Shown here piece after piece: positions 6,622-15,455 of a stretch of DNA of 27,551 nt. The stretch comes from a virus. The position numbers and the translations under genes are program-made. How positions within the stretch are numbered: position 1 is the stretch's first letter; the number at the start of each line of letters is the position of its first letter. Location: IMG/VR virus record IMGVR_UViG_3300045988_032611, positions 1 through 27,551 of that record. One strand, written 5' to 3'. The notes under the pieces were generated by a model, which was not told the origin of the DNA, made no database searches, and was given only the letters and a program-made list of their open reading frames with translations.

Positions 6622-7654
6622 ACACAGAAAACAAGTAAGTTTAGGATATAACGACGAAGGTAAAAGAATCAGAAAATGGGTCTCTGCTGACAGCAAGCAG
6701 GAATTGAGACGGAAGGAGCGCGAGATCCTGAAGAACGCAGACGCAGAACTGCAGAGCAGTATCACGTTTGGAGTTTTTGCACAACAGTGGTATGACGCAT
6801 ACAAGAAGTCGAAGAGCAAGGCGACGCAGAACCTGTACTCGTATGCGCTCCGTCAGCTTGAGCCGCTCAACCGTAAGCGCATCAAGGACATCACAAGGAC
6901 CGATGTCCAGAAAATAATCAACACCTTTGCGGACAGGCCGCATTCGGCACATGCGATATTCATGACCGCGTCGCAGATCCTCGACGTCGCAGCTGCAGAC
7001 GGACTGATCACGCCGAAGTATCTCAAGTTGGAACTCCCGAAGAAGGTGCGCCGTGAGAAGCGTGCACTGACTGCTGAGGAGAAGAAGGCCGTGAAGGCCG
7101 CTAAATTGAACGCACAGGAGCGTTTGTTCGTGGACATAGAATTTTACCTTGGATTGCGTCCGGAAGAAACTCGTGCACTTCAGCCGCGTGATTTCGACCT
7201 GAAAAAGCGTACTGTGACGATAAGCCGAGCATCGGCACTGCATGGGAACGCCATCATCAAGGAGACAAAGACCGGCAGGACACGCACCATTCCTGTCCCT
7301 GATGTGCTGATCGCCGAAATAAAGCGTTACAATGCCTCATTCTCGGGCTTTTACTATTTCGTTGATGAATCTGGCACTTTGTTCAGTTCGTGGCGGTATC
7401 ATCGATTCTGCGAGTCCATTTTCGCAAAGATAAACACCGCTTTGGGCGGTGCGGACAAGTTGAGCCTGCTGAATGGCATGACGATGTACACGTTCCGGCA
7501 CAACCGTGCCACGGAACTGTACTATCTGGATGGAGTCTCCACCAAGAAGAAGGCGGAGTATATGGGACACTCGGAGCTGATGTTCCTCAAGACGTACTCA
7601 CACCTGGACGACGAGAAGGAAGAGACGGAACTGCTGAGGAAAGTAGCAGACTGA
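6614..7654 (+). CDS. int: Tyrosine integrase (site-specific recombinase)
   Basis: Catalytic pattern LGLRPEETRAL (Arg), FRHNRATE (H-x-x-R), MGHSELMFLKTYSH (His...Tyr). N-terminal SAM-like domain. AAGGAGG precedes the ATG at 6614. Confidence 0.92.
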   Translation: MPKHRKQVSLGYNDEGKRIRKWVSADSKQELRRKEREILKNADAELQSSITFGVFAQQWYDAYKKSKSKATQNLYSYALRQLEPLNRKRIKDITRTDVQKIINTFADRPHSAHAIFMTASQILDVAAADGLITPKYLKLELPKKVRREKRALTAEEKKAVKAAKLNAQERLFVDIEFYLGLRPEETRALQPRDFDLKKRTVTISRASALHGNAIIKETKTGRTRTIPVPDVLIAEIKRYNASFSGFYYFVDESGTLFSSWRYHRFCESIFAKINTALGGADKLSLLNGMTMYTFRHNRATELYYLDGVSTKKKAEYMGHSELMFLKTYSHLDDEKEETELLRKVAD

Positions 7655-7740
7655 CCCAGACCAATCGTATAGCGTCCAGAATCCATCACCTGCAATCTCC
7701 GCGCCAGTCGGCATTCCTCTGGAGAATCTTGAAACTTGGG

Positions 7741-7962
7741 AAGTGGTGACAAATTGGTGACATGTGACACATTTGTGACCGCACTTTCAGTCACTTTCGG
7801 TCACTTTCGCCCACTAAAAAAATGCCGTATCTACAAGGAATTTCACGATTTTCCCTGTAAATACGGCATTCTTTGATATTTGCGAAAAATTAAATTAAAA
7901 TTAACATTGACCCCACGATTTTACGCGGTTTTTCGGGGCAAGTGGTGACAGTTTGTGACAGT
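7741..7962. other. attP-like region: clusters of GTGAC-containing repeats flanking an AT-rich centre
   Basis: aagtggtgaca occurs at 7741-7751 and 7940-7950. tttgtgac occurs at 7772-7779 and 7952-7959. There are 3.5 units of the 10-bp repeat NCACTTTCNN at 7781-7814. An AT-rich stretch spans 7882-7905. Confidence 0.5.
7816..7870 (-). terminator. Intrinsic terminator ending the late (tail) operon, possibly bidirectional
   Basis: Imperfect 18-bp inverted repeat aatgccgtatctacaagg / ccctgtaaatacggcatt. On the - strand it is followed by a 7-nt U-tract (A-run 7816-7822 on +). Confidence 0.6.
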
Positions 7963-8083
7963 GGCTAATTTCTAAATATCCTCACTCGCACTTCTCTACA
8001 GTCATCTGTGGGAGAGCCTTTATCTTATCCCAAAAATATTCTAATCTTGCTTTATCTATGTATTCGTTTGCCATTTAATCACC

Positions 8084-9607
8084 TCACATCACTAAAACAC
8101 ACGACGGCACAACTAATTCGATAACTCCATTTTGCGGAGGTATGAATGTAAACGACTTCTCAATATATACTAACCCATTAGTAGCAACTGTCACGTATCC
8201 AAAATCGTTAAAAGTTGAAGAACTGGATGGATGCCTTGCCAATGCCGCACCTGAAAGACTGATAGCTTGAGGCGGACGCATATTAGTCTGAAAAACCATT
8301 GTGGGATTGCCAGAGCCTTTAACAAAATTAGATGAAAAGGCTTCGCCATCTAAAATGCAGATTGAATAGTCGGTGTTGTGTCGCAATGTAAAGCCACGTC
8401 CGTTTATCGTCCCAGATGCCCCATTATCCCAACTTATAGCGCTTGTGGGAATGGTATCAGTAGTAAATGTTAATTTAGCTATCATAGAATCCAGAGCCGT
8501 TTTCACAACCTTGTTCTGCACAGGATTGGTAGATGTCAGACTTAATGCGGAGTCTATTATTATAGAACTTCCACCACCTCCTCCAGAACCGCTTCCAAGA
8601 GCCTTGATAGTCTCAGCGATGTTTGCCTTCTTCGTTCCGAGTTCCACCGTCGTGTATCTCTCACCCAGCGCATCCCAGACGGTCTTGACTACACGCGTGG
8701 TCACGATATCATTGTCATAAATGACATGCACCGTGTCACCCAGTGATATCTCCTGCGTGGAGAGTATCTCCGGCGTGATAGTGATGGTCTGGCTGTGGTT
8801 TTGGAGCGCAGTCGAATGTGCGCTGACGTAGCTGGTCGCATACGATGTCAGGTCTGCGCTGGATGGCACGGAGTTGTTCCAATTATTCGTAGCGTCCAGA
8901 ATCAGCGTCCTATCAGTGCCTGTCGCACCTGTGCTGACAGCCGTGCCGTAGACTACGGTCTTTGTGTCGGCAATATCCTTGGCAAAATATGCCTGCACGT
9001 ATGCATACATGTTGTCGTTCAGTTCCTTCTGGTATTCCGCGAGGTTGACACCGTATGCTATGCGCAGACCATTGTCCACGCCACGTGAAGCACGAAGCTG
9101 GCATGACCACATGTTGAAGTACCATTCACCGCCGTACAGGTCTATGAGTGAGCCTTCCTTGCCGCCGAACCATGAGCGCACCGATGACGGCACATCTACC
9201 ACGAAGTCCGCGCTCGATGTCTTGGATGTGCTGATAGTGAAGTTGCCTGCCGCGGCATTCAGCTTGGTGATGGCGGCTGACAGATCTGCCGATGTTCCCG
9301 GAAGCACCACATAACCGCTCAGGTCATAGCTTAACTGATACGCATATACCGTGATGGCATTCTTCAAGGTTCGTGTGACTTTGCAGATTCTGAAGGCTTC
9401 ACGGTCAACCGAACTGTTCGGCTTGCAGACGATGATGTTCCTCGGAACCAGATACTCCGCATGTATTCCGTTGCGGAAATATTTCAGTTCAAGAGTGTAC
9501 GCACCGTTCAGTTCCTCTGTCACGGAGCAGGAGATGCAGTCCGGGAGCCTGCCATAGCCGTTCGTCTTGAAAGTCTGTTCGTTATATGGATATATAATTG
9601 GTATCAT
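8084..9607 (-). CDS. Tail-associated protein (Tal / prophage-tail N-terminal domain) with a C-terminal receptor-binding-type module
   Basis: N-terminus MIPIIYPYNEQTFKTNGYGRLPDCISCSVTEELNGAYTLELKY is typical of the 'phage minor structural protein, N-terminal region'. A GSGSGGGGGS linker follows, then LTSTNPVQNKVVKTAL and an AT-rich terminal domain. Confidence 0.85.
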   Translation of the reverse strand: MIPIIYPYNEQTFKTNGYGRLPDCISCSVTEELNGAYTLELKYFRNGIHAEYLVPRNIIVCKPNSSVDREAFRICKVTRTLKNAITVYAYQLSYDLSGYVVLPGTSADLSAAITKLNAAAGNFTISTSKTSSADFVVDVPSSVRSWFGGKEGSLIDLYGGEWYFNMWSCQLRASRGVDNGLRIAYGVNLAEYQKELNDNMYAYVQAYFAKDIADTKTVVYGTAVSTGATGTDRTLILDATNNWNNSVPSSADLTSYATSYVSAHSTALQNHSQTITITPEILSTQEISLGDTVHVIYDNDIVTTRVVKTVWDALGERYTTVELGTKKANIAETIKALGSGSGGGGGSSIIIDSALSLTSTNPVQNKVVKTALDSMIAKLTFTTDTIPTSAISWDNGASGTINGRGFTLRHNTDYSICILDGEAFSSNFVKGSGNPTMVFQTNMRPPQAISLSGAALARHPSSSSTFNDFGYVTVATNGLVYIEKSFTFIPPQNGVIELVVPSCVLVM

Positions 9608-9610
9608 GGC

Positions 9611-10969
9611 TTATATCTCCCATATACGCGCATCCATCGTGAACGATGCCGTATTTTTGCACATGATAAGATTTTCGCCCGGACTGAGATAAGCGAACCT
9701 TGCAGTCACATTGCCGTCGGAATCCGTCACGGTCACATAACTATTCAGGTTGCTCCATCCGGGGGAGGTGATGTCTTCATCTTCGCTATTGATACATATC
9801 TCCTGACCGTTCATAGTATAATAGTAGTTGTACGAAAACTTAACATTGCGAGACACCCATGTTGTAGGCGATGCGTCAAGGTCATCGCATAAGATTATTT
9901 CGCAGTCTCCCTCGGTCCCTGATGGCAATGTTCCTGTAACCGCTGTTATCATCGGTTTTGCGATGTGGCTGGTAGGATTATCGAATATGCCGCCATATGC
10001 TGTATAGATATGGTCTGTCTCGACATATCCCTGTGTGCCGTCATTCAATTCAACCTTATACCATCCACTGCTCTCGGACAGAATCTTGAATGGTATGTTT
10101 GTGACGGTTCCAACTTGTGCACTGCTGGTACTCGCACTGCTGTAGACGGTTTGAAACTGAAAATTGGAACTTACGAGTCCATAACGTGTAGTCAGTGCCA
10201 CCGCCACCGATTTGTATCCATTCAGGAACCGCTCCGGTCTGCACCTGAAGCTGACCACTGCCCTGCCGAACTGGTTCCACGAATTGGCGATGTCAGTCGC
10301 ATCAACGAACACCGCCTCACGATAGTGTGTCGGGTCATATGTATCGGACAGCTCTGCGTAACTAGAAGCACTGTGGAGCCATTCCATGATATCTGTCCAT
10401 GCATCGCTGAATCGGCCTATGATGCGGCAGTCGACTGTAATCGGGTAGTTCGTGTACGCACTTCCGTCCAGCGACAGGATATATTTGACACGGTATTCGT
10501 CGTCAGTCGGAATATCAAATGTCTTTGTCCCCGTAAATGACAGCTCCGTGCTGATAGTAGTCCATGTGCCGCTGACTAACTGCTGAAGCTGATACTGCGC
10601 CGTCACGCGGTTGCCAGAGTCACCGAACACAAGTTCGAGCGTGCCCTTTTTAAGAATCGTGTTGTATGTCACATTCGCAGAATCCGCAAATGCACCGTGG
10701 TTGATGATATATCCTGTAGCTGTGCGTGTGAATTCCGTCCTCTGCATGTCTATCAGGTTAATGATATCCTCTGGCTCGCTCGCGAATATCTCATAGCTGA
10801 TCAGCTGTTCTTCCCACGCATCCTGCAATTTGTAGATGTTGCCGTTCCGTCCTGGGACGGTCGCGGCATCGTACTTACGTACTGGTCGGTTCAGTGCCCT
10901 GAATCGTTCTATCTTGATGCCGAACTCATCGGAGCTATGACCGTTAAATGTAAATGTGTGGTTAAGCAT
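9611..10969 (-). CDS. Distal tail protein (Dit, Sipho_tail-like) with internal insertions
   Basis: N-terminus FTFNGHSSDEFGIKIE. Also WLHSASSYAELSDTYDPTHYREAVF...VSFRCRPERF and C-terminal LSPGENLI. ATG at 10969 overlaps the tape measure stop (ATGCTTAA). Confidence 0.8.
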   Translation of the reverse strand: MLNHTFTFNGHSSDEFGIKIERFRALNRPVRKYDAATVPGRNGNIYKLQDAWEEQLISYEIFASEPEDIINLIDMQRTEFTRTATGYIINHGAFADSANVTYNTILKKGTLELVFGDSGNRVTAQYQLQQLVSGTWTTISTELSFTGTKTFDIPTDDEYRVKYILSLDGSAYTNYPITVDCRIIGRFSDAWTDIMEWLHSASSYAELSDTYDPTHYREAVFVDATDIANSWNQFGRAVVSFRCRPERFLNGYKSVAVALTTRYGLVSSNFQFQTVYSSASTSSAQVGTVTNIPFKILSESSGWYKVELNDGTQGYVETDHIYTAYGGIFDNPTSHIAKPMITAVTGTLPSGTEGDCEIILCDDLDASPTTWVSRNVKFSYNYYYTMNGQEICINSEDEDITSPGWSNLNSYVTVTDSDGNVTARFAYLSPGENLIMCKNTASFTMDARIWEI

Positions 10970-13472
10970 ATGTAGCCTCACTTCCTATCAGTTTCATTTG
11001 GAGCTTGTCGATGACATAGTCTGCCAGCTCGTTTTCGTTCATGCCTTCTGCGGCGTTGACGACTACGTTGATATTCTTCCCCCCGGCACTACGGATTGCC
11101 TGCGTGAACATCTTCATCAGGTGACTTTCGCCTACGACTACCTCATTGCCGGGCCGGTCACCGCCTACAAGCAACTGGTTGCCCATCGCCCCGAATATCG
11201 TCGGAGCGGACAGGATCATCGCTTGATCATATGCCTTTGCGAAGGTATAACGGCCTCCGGAGTACGGAGTGATCCTCGTGCTGCCGCCTTCACCGCTCAG
11301 TTCATAAGCTATCGAAGGAGCGGAGATGCTGACAGAGATCGGATTGCTCAGTGTGTTTGCTGTTGCCCAGAAATCGTTCTGCACGCTTCCGAACGCATTG
11401 GATGCATTCCTCTGCATCGTGTCAAGGTTGCCGTCCAGTGCGATGTCTACGTTCTTGCCCAGGTCTTCCCTGATGCTGTTGTAGTTGCTGGAGACGTTGT
11501 TTGTGGTCTCATCTGTCGCTTTGTCTACCAGACCGAGAGCCTCGCCGATGTTGTGCCAGGTCTTATTCCATGCATCGCCGACACTTCCGATCTCAGGGAT
11601 CAGAGTGCCGTCCATCAACTTACCGTTCTCCATCATGCCCATCTTGGCAAGATTGAACAGCCTTGACAGTTCGTCCTGTGTGGTCCTGGTGTCACCATAC
11701 AGACTCTTGAGTGTGCCGCTCGAATTTGTGATACCGCTTGAGAACTTGTCTACTTCGACCTTGCCTTTGCTGAAGACGTCTATCATCTGCCCGGCTTTTT
11801 TGGAACCGAAGACATCCTCAATGGTCATGCCGGTGTCGCCGATCGTCATGGACAGACCACTGAAACGGTCCTCTGCCCCTGCCATCGCTTCCATAGCAGC
11901 GTCCCATGCTCCACCGAGGTCATCGGTCTCGCCTGCCAGGTTCTTGACCGCCTGGTAAACAGCGGTAGTGATGTCTGAAGTGCTGCCGCCTGCGTCCTTG
12001 TATGCCACGAGGGTGGCGATTACGTCATCCATGTCCATGCCCAGTGACTGCCATGCTCCTGCCTGTGATGTCAGGGAGTTCATGACCTCCGAGCCTGTTA
12101 TGTTCGTGTCAGCCTGTGCGACAACGAGCTTGTCCATGATGGCAACGAGGTTGTCCACGTTCGTGGCATCGTCATCGGTCACCAGGCCCCACATCTTCAT
12201 GGTATCTACCAACTGGTTGGTAGCACTTACACCATCGACGCCCAGCATGTTCGCATATGAGCTGATCGCCGTTGTTGCGTTCTTGGCTTCTTCGCCTGTC
12301 AGGCCGAGTCGTGTGTTCAGTGTCGCAGTGATGCCGGAAACCTCTTCCAGGGATGCATCCTTGTCAGTCAGTGCGATGAATGCCTGTTCTGCTTTCAGCT
12401 TCAGTCCGTCCAGTGTGTCACCTGTCTGGAGTGTTGCTATCTGGATGTCATTGACTGCCTGTTCAAAGTCCATAGCAGCATTGTATACTTCAGTACCGAT
12501 ATCCTTTACGGCTGAAACGATAACACCTATCGCACCGGCAACACCTGCCTGGTCGATGGTATCAGCCATGCCCTGGATCGCAGGGAAGAACTGCCCCACG
12601 ATGCTGTCACTTGCGCTCTGGCCGACCTCGTTTGTCTTTTCGCTGATGCCCTGCATGCTTCCGGTCAGACTGTCTGCGGATGCTGTCGCTTCGTCCAGTC
12701 TCTGCTTGTTGGCAGCGAGGTTATCTGACAGGACCGATATCTGCCCGGCAAGCATCTCAGCCTGATCGGAGCCTTCACCAAATTCCAGGACGGCATCAAT
12801 GTAGCTGTCCCTCAGGGAGCTCAGTTCGTCTTCCTGGCTGGAGATCTCGCTTGTCAGTGATTCCAGTGCGCTCTGGGCTTCCCCTGTGCCCTGTGTGAGG
12901 CTGTCCGCTGCGCTTGTTACTTCCTCAAGGCGTGTCTGGTTCTCTTCCAGTTCCGTGGACAGGTTTGTTATCTCCTCAGCGAGGGCCTGTGCTTCCTCGG
13001 AATTCTCACCGAACTCGAGGGATGCGTTCATATACGCTTCCTTCAGGGATTCCAGCTCTGCGGACTGTTCCTCGATGACCGTGTTCAGCTGTCCGAGTGC
13101 TGAGTTCGCCTGTTCGGCTTCTTCCAGATGCGCTTCTATCTCTGCATTTGTTTTATTCAGTTCTGTCTGGGCTTTTGCGAGCGATTGCTCCCATTTCTGA
13201 CATTCGGTAGATGACTCGCCGAACTTATCGGCAGCCGCATCCACCATCTTCTGCATCATCTCAACTTCATCGTTGAGTTTTTCCGCCTTCTTCTGGAGCA
13301 ACTCCGTCTCTTTGGCATTCTTCTCCATCGCACTGGTCTCGTCAGTGAATGAACTCTTCAGTTCGTCCATCTGCTTGTCCAGCGTCTTTGTTGACTGGAT
13401 GATATTATTTAGTTGTTTTCGGTATTCGGCCTCACCGTCTATACCGAGTTTCACACCGATAGATGTAGCCAT
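10962..13472 (-). CDS. Tape measure protein
   Basis: 836 aa in the expected position after the chaperone genes. N-terminus GVKLGIDGEAEYRKQLNNI. Long coiled-coil, Ala/Glu-rich repeats. Confidence 0.9.
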   Translation of the reverse strand: MATSIGVKLGIDGEAEYRKQLNNIIQSTKTLDKQMDELKSSFTDETSAMEKNAKETELLQKKAEKLNDEVEMMQKMVDAAADKFGESSTECQKWEQSLAKAQTELNKTNAEIEAHLEEAEQANSALGQLNTVIEEQSAELESLKEAYMNASLEFGENSEEAQALAEEITNLSTELEENQTRLEEVTSAADSLTQGTGEAQSALESLTSEISSQEDELSSLRDSYIDAVLEFGEGSDQAEMLAGQISVLSDNLAANKQRLDEATASADSLTGSMQGISEKTNEVGQSASDSIVGQFFPAIQGMADTIDQAGVAGAIGVIVSAVKDIGTEVYNAAMDFEQAVNDIQIATLQTGDTLDGLKLKAEQAFIALTDKDASLEEVSGITATLNTRLGLTGEEAKNATTAISSYANMLGVDGVSATNQLVDTMKMWGLVTDDDATNVDNLVAIMDKLVVAQADTNITGSEVMNSLTSQAGAWQSLGMDMDDVIATLVAYKDAGGSTSDITTAVYQAVKNLAGETDDLGGAWDAAMEAMAGAEDRFSGLSMTIGDTGMTIEDVFGSKKAGQMIDVFSKGKVEVDKFSSGITNSSGTLKSLYGDTRTTQDELSRLFNLAKMGMMENGKLMDGTLIPEIGSVGDAWNKTWHNIGEALGLVDKATDETTNNVSSNYNSIREDLGKNVDIALDGNLDTMQRNASNAFGSVQNDFWATANTLSNPISVSISAPSIAYELSGEGGSTRITPYSGGRYTFAKAYDQAMILSAPTIFGAMGNQLLVGGDRPGNEVVVGESHLMKMFTQAIRSAGGKNINVVVNAAEGMNENELADYVIDKLQMKLIGSEATYA

Positions 13473-13474
13473 GA

Positions 13475-13660
13475 TTACCTCATATTGATTATATCGTCAA
13501 AAGACATGGGCTTCTTTTTTGGTTTAGCTCTGCCTTCCGCTATCGCCTTGCAGTCAATCAGGTCACGCATCTCGCCGTATAGCGTCAGCATGACCTCTTT
13601 TCGGCTCATCCCAAAGATTGAACCGTAATAAACATACCAGGCGCGATTCAGATCTATCAC
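13475..13660 (-). CDS. Tail assembly chaperone, -1 frame extension (gpT-like). Probably expressed only as a frameshift fusion with 13657-13995.
   Basis: There is no ATG; the track 'M' is GTG. The frame is -1 relative to the upstream ORF and stays open back to the A8 slippery run. Confidence 0.65.
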   Translation of the reverse strand: MIDLNRAWYVYYGSIFGMSRKEVMLTLYGEMRDLIDCKAIAEGRAKPKKKPMSFDDIINMR

Positions 13661-13995
13661 TGAGCCGCGCCGGTTGCTTTTTTTTCGGGCTGTGCCTCTA
13701 CCGTCCTGTATGCACCTGCCTTTACAGCCGAATCGACCTCCGGAGTCAGTTCGTCCATGATTCTGTTGACAGACAGTGCCCGAAGCTCCTGAAGCGTCAG
13801 ATACCTGACTTCATGCGCAGGATCTTCGAGCTTCTGCATGTCTTCATACGCTTTGGACATGATGACAGCCATCTGCGTGATGACCTTGCACTGTTCTGCC
13901 ATAGTTTTAGGCCGCTCCAGATGAAGATCCGAGATATCGCAGAAAGCACCGACAGTGTAAGCAAAATGGTAGTCATAACCATTGATGTTCATCAC
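13657..13995 (-). CDS. Tail assembly chaperone (gpG-like)
   Basis: 112-aa ORF between the major tail protein and the tape measure. It carries a slippery site near its 3' end. Confidence 0.75.
   Translation of the reverse strand: MMNINGYDYHFAYTVGAFCDISDLHLERPKTMAEQCKVITQMAVIMSKAYEDMQKLEDPAHEVRYLTLQELRALSVNRIMDELTPEVDSAVKAGAYRTVEAQPEKKATGAAQ
13678..13685 (-). promoter_or_regulatory. Programmed -1 ribosomal frameshift slippery site (A AAA AAA)
   Basis: The coding strand reads CCC GAA AAA AAA GCA. After a -1 slip the reading continues AGC AAC CGG CGC GGC TCA GTG ATA GAT, which is the 13475-13660 frame. Confidence 0.7.
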
Positions 13996-14010
13996 TTCTC
14001 CTCCTGTTGA

Positions 14011-14592
14011 TTAGGATATGCCGAGTTTGGTCTTCAGCGCAGCTTCAGCTGCCGCCTCTGTGCTCTGCTCATCGCCGAGATATTTCCAGACATGGTTGGC
14101 ATCGTCTGCACGCATGATATCGGCTTCCAGCGTCTCGGTCTGCCAACTGATGTCCTCTTCCTGGGTGGCCGCTTCGTCTGAAGGCAGATTGAACTTGCAT
14201 TTTGCCAGAACGATAGGCGTATAGGTTACAGTGCCTTCGCTCTGCTGTCTTGCGATGAAACCAACGCCCACATATGGGACTGCCATGTCATCGCCGTATG
14301 CTGTCCAGCCGCCTGTTGATGCCGGAAGCCCGAAGATGAGCTTTCTGACTGCAGGCTTGAGACCATCAACTGTCAGAGTCAGTGTGCCGCCTGTGAACTT
14401 GCCTGCGTCAGTTTCTGCTACAATATTGTCGGCATAGAATTTGTTGTCAGAACCATTTTCCGGAGCGATACTTACATTAACGCCACGTGCCAGCTTGGCT
14501 CCGCTTGAATAGGTTATCGTTCCGCCTGATGCGGCATACAGTGCCACATATGGCAGAGAAAAACCTGTGGTTACTTTTCCTGCTGCTGCCAT
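14011..14592 (-). CDS. Major tail protein (phi13/TP901-1-like)
   Basis: Position and motifs: GKVTTGFSLPYVALYA...FYADNIVAETD...FTGGTLTLTVDGL. Confidence 0.8.
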   Translation of the reverse strand: MAAAGKVTTGFSLPYVALYAASGGTITYSSGAKLARGVNVSIAPENGSDNKFYADNIVAETDAGKFTGGTLTLTVDGLKPAVRKLIFGLPASTGGWTAYGDDMAVPYVGVGFIARQQSEGTVTYTPIVLAKCKFNLPSDEAATQEEDISWQTETLEADIMRADDANHVWKYLGDEQSTEAAAEAALKTKLGIS

Positions 14593-14613
14593 TTATTTTT
14601 CCTCCATTGAATT

Positions 14614-15102
14614 TTAAAAATTGAGTTTCTGAATTTCCTGATCAAGACGTTTCTGCGCTGCCTGTGAAGCAGAATCCTGAACACGCTTGATAGCGCTGCT
14701 GATCGTGTGCGTCCCCTGTCGGAATGACGTGCCGTACTCGATGCACTGCATCAGCATTCCTGTGGGTACATGGTCGTTGAACTGCTTGCTTGGCGTGTTG
14801 ACGTAGCCGGTAAAACCGATGGATGTCTGGGAGCCGTCTGACGTTACGCGGAATTTCGCGACACCGAAGTTTTCGATGATCTGCGATTTCTCACTTTGCG
14901 TAGCACCATAGAGCTTGTGCCATTCCGTACCCCACTCATCGTCATCGTGCACATGGAGAGACTGCAGTGCCTCCCCGATAGCCTGAGCCACGACTTCCGC
15001 CGCGCTGTACAATGCCATGTTGTTGATATGCTGTACGTCCTTGGCAAGCAGATTCAGCTTGTTGGTGAATGTTCCAAGACCCTGCACCGTTACTTTAGCC
15101 AT
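14614..15102 (-). CDS. HK97 gp10-like head-tail component
   Basis: MAKVTVQGLGTFTNKLNLLAKDV...ALYSAAEVVAQAI is typical of this family. GGAGGA RBS and a TAATG overlap. Confidence 0.6.
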   Translation of the reverse strand: MAKVTVQGLGTFTNKLNLLAKDVQHINNMALYSAAEVVAQAIGEALQSLHVHDDDEWGTEWHKLYGATQSEKSQIIENFGVAKFRVTSDGSQTSIGFTGYVNTPSKQFNDHVPTGMLMQCIEYGTSFRQGTHTISSAIKRVQDSASQAAQKRLDQEIQKLNF

Positions 15103-15455
15103 TAGCGCATCCTCCATGACCATGTGTGATGGATGAGGTTGTCATCATCGTTCGTCGGATCTCCGTACTGTGTCGCCTCCCAAGTCCACGACAGGCCATT
15201 AACACCATCCAGATACGTCTGGATCGCATCAAATGTGCTGTCAAATTCGGTCTTGGTAAAGTATTCGACATACCCGGAGAGAGCCTGCCTTGCCTTGTGG
15301 TTGTCGGCATCAAACGGCGTGTCCTCTGCGTCCTCGTTCCAGACGATGTACGGAGCCTGTGTGTTGCTCGGCGCGAAATAATGGAAGCATCCGCTGCTGG
15401 TATTGACCGCGGCCAGACCTTCGTAAAATGCCTTAAGGCGATTCTGGACTGACAT
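15102..15455 (-). CDS. Head-tail joining or tail completion protein (putative)
   Basis: Assigned from position in the connector block. I place the start at ATG 15455, after GGAGGA. Confidence 0.45.
   Translation of the reverse strand: MSVQNRLKAFYEGLAAVNTSSGCFHYFAPSNTQAPYIVWNEDAEDTPFDADNHKARQALSGYVEYFTKTEFDSTFDAIQTYLDGVNGLSWTWEATQYGDPTNDDDNLIHHTWSWRMR

Noticed and set aside
6406-7243. - strand ORFs (137, 200 and 94 aa) overlapping the repressor and integrase genes
   Set aside because: They are antisense to genes with clear HTH and tyrosine-recombinase catalytic motifs, and they have no RBS.
7655-7740. Possible tRNA 3' fragment (attP core homologous to a tRNA gene) just after int, for example ...gtccagaatccatcacc...
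   Set aside because: There is no convincing T-arm (GGTTCGAATCC-like) or acceptor-stem complementarity. No tRNA or other RNA gene could be supported anywhere in the window.
10956-12765. Long + strand ORFs (236, 157 and 265 aa) inside the tape measure region
   Set aside because: They are Ser/Pro/Cys-rich antisense shadows of the Ala/Glu/Asp-rich tape measure gene. None has a plausible start context.
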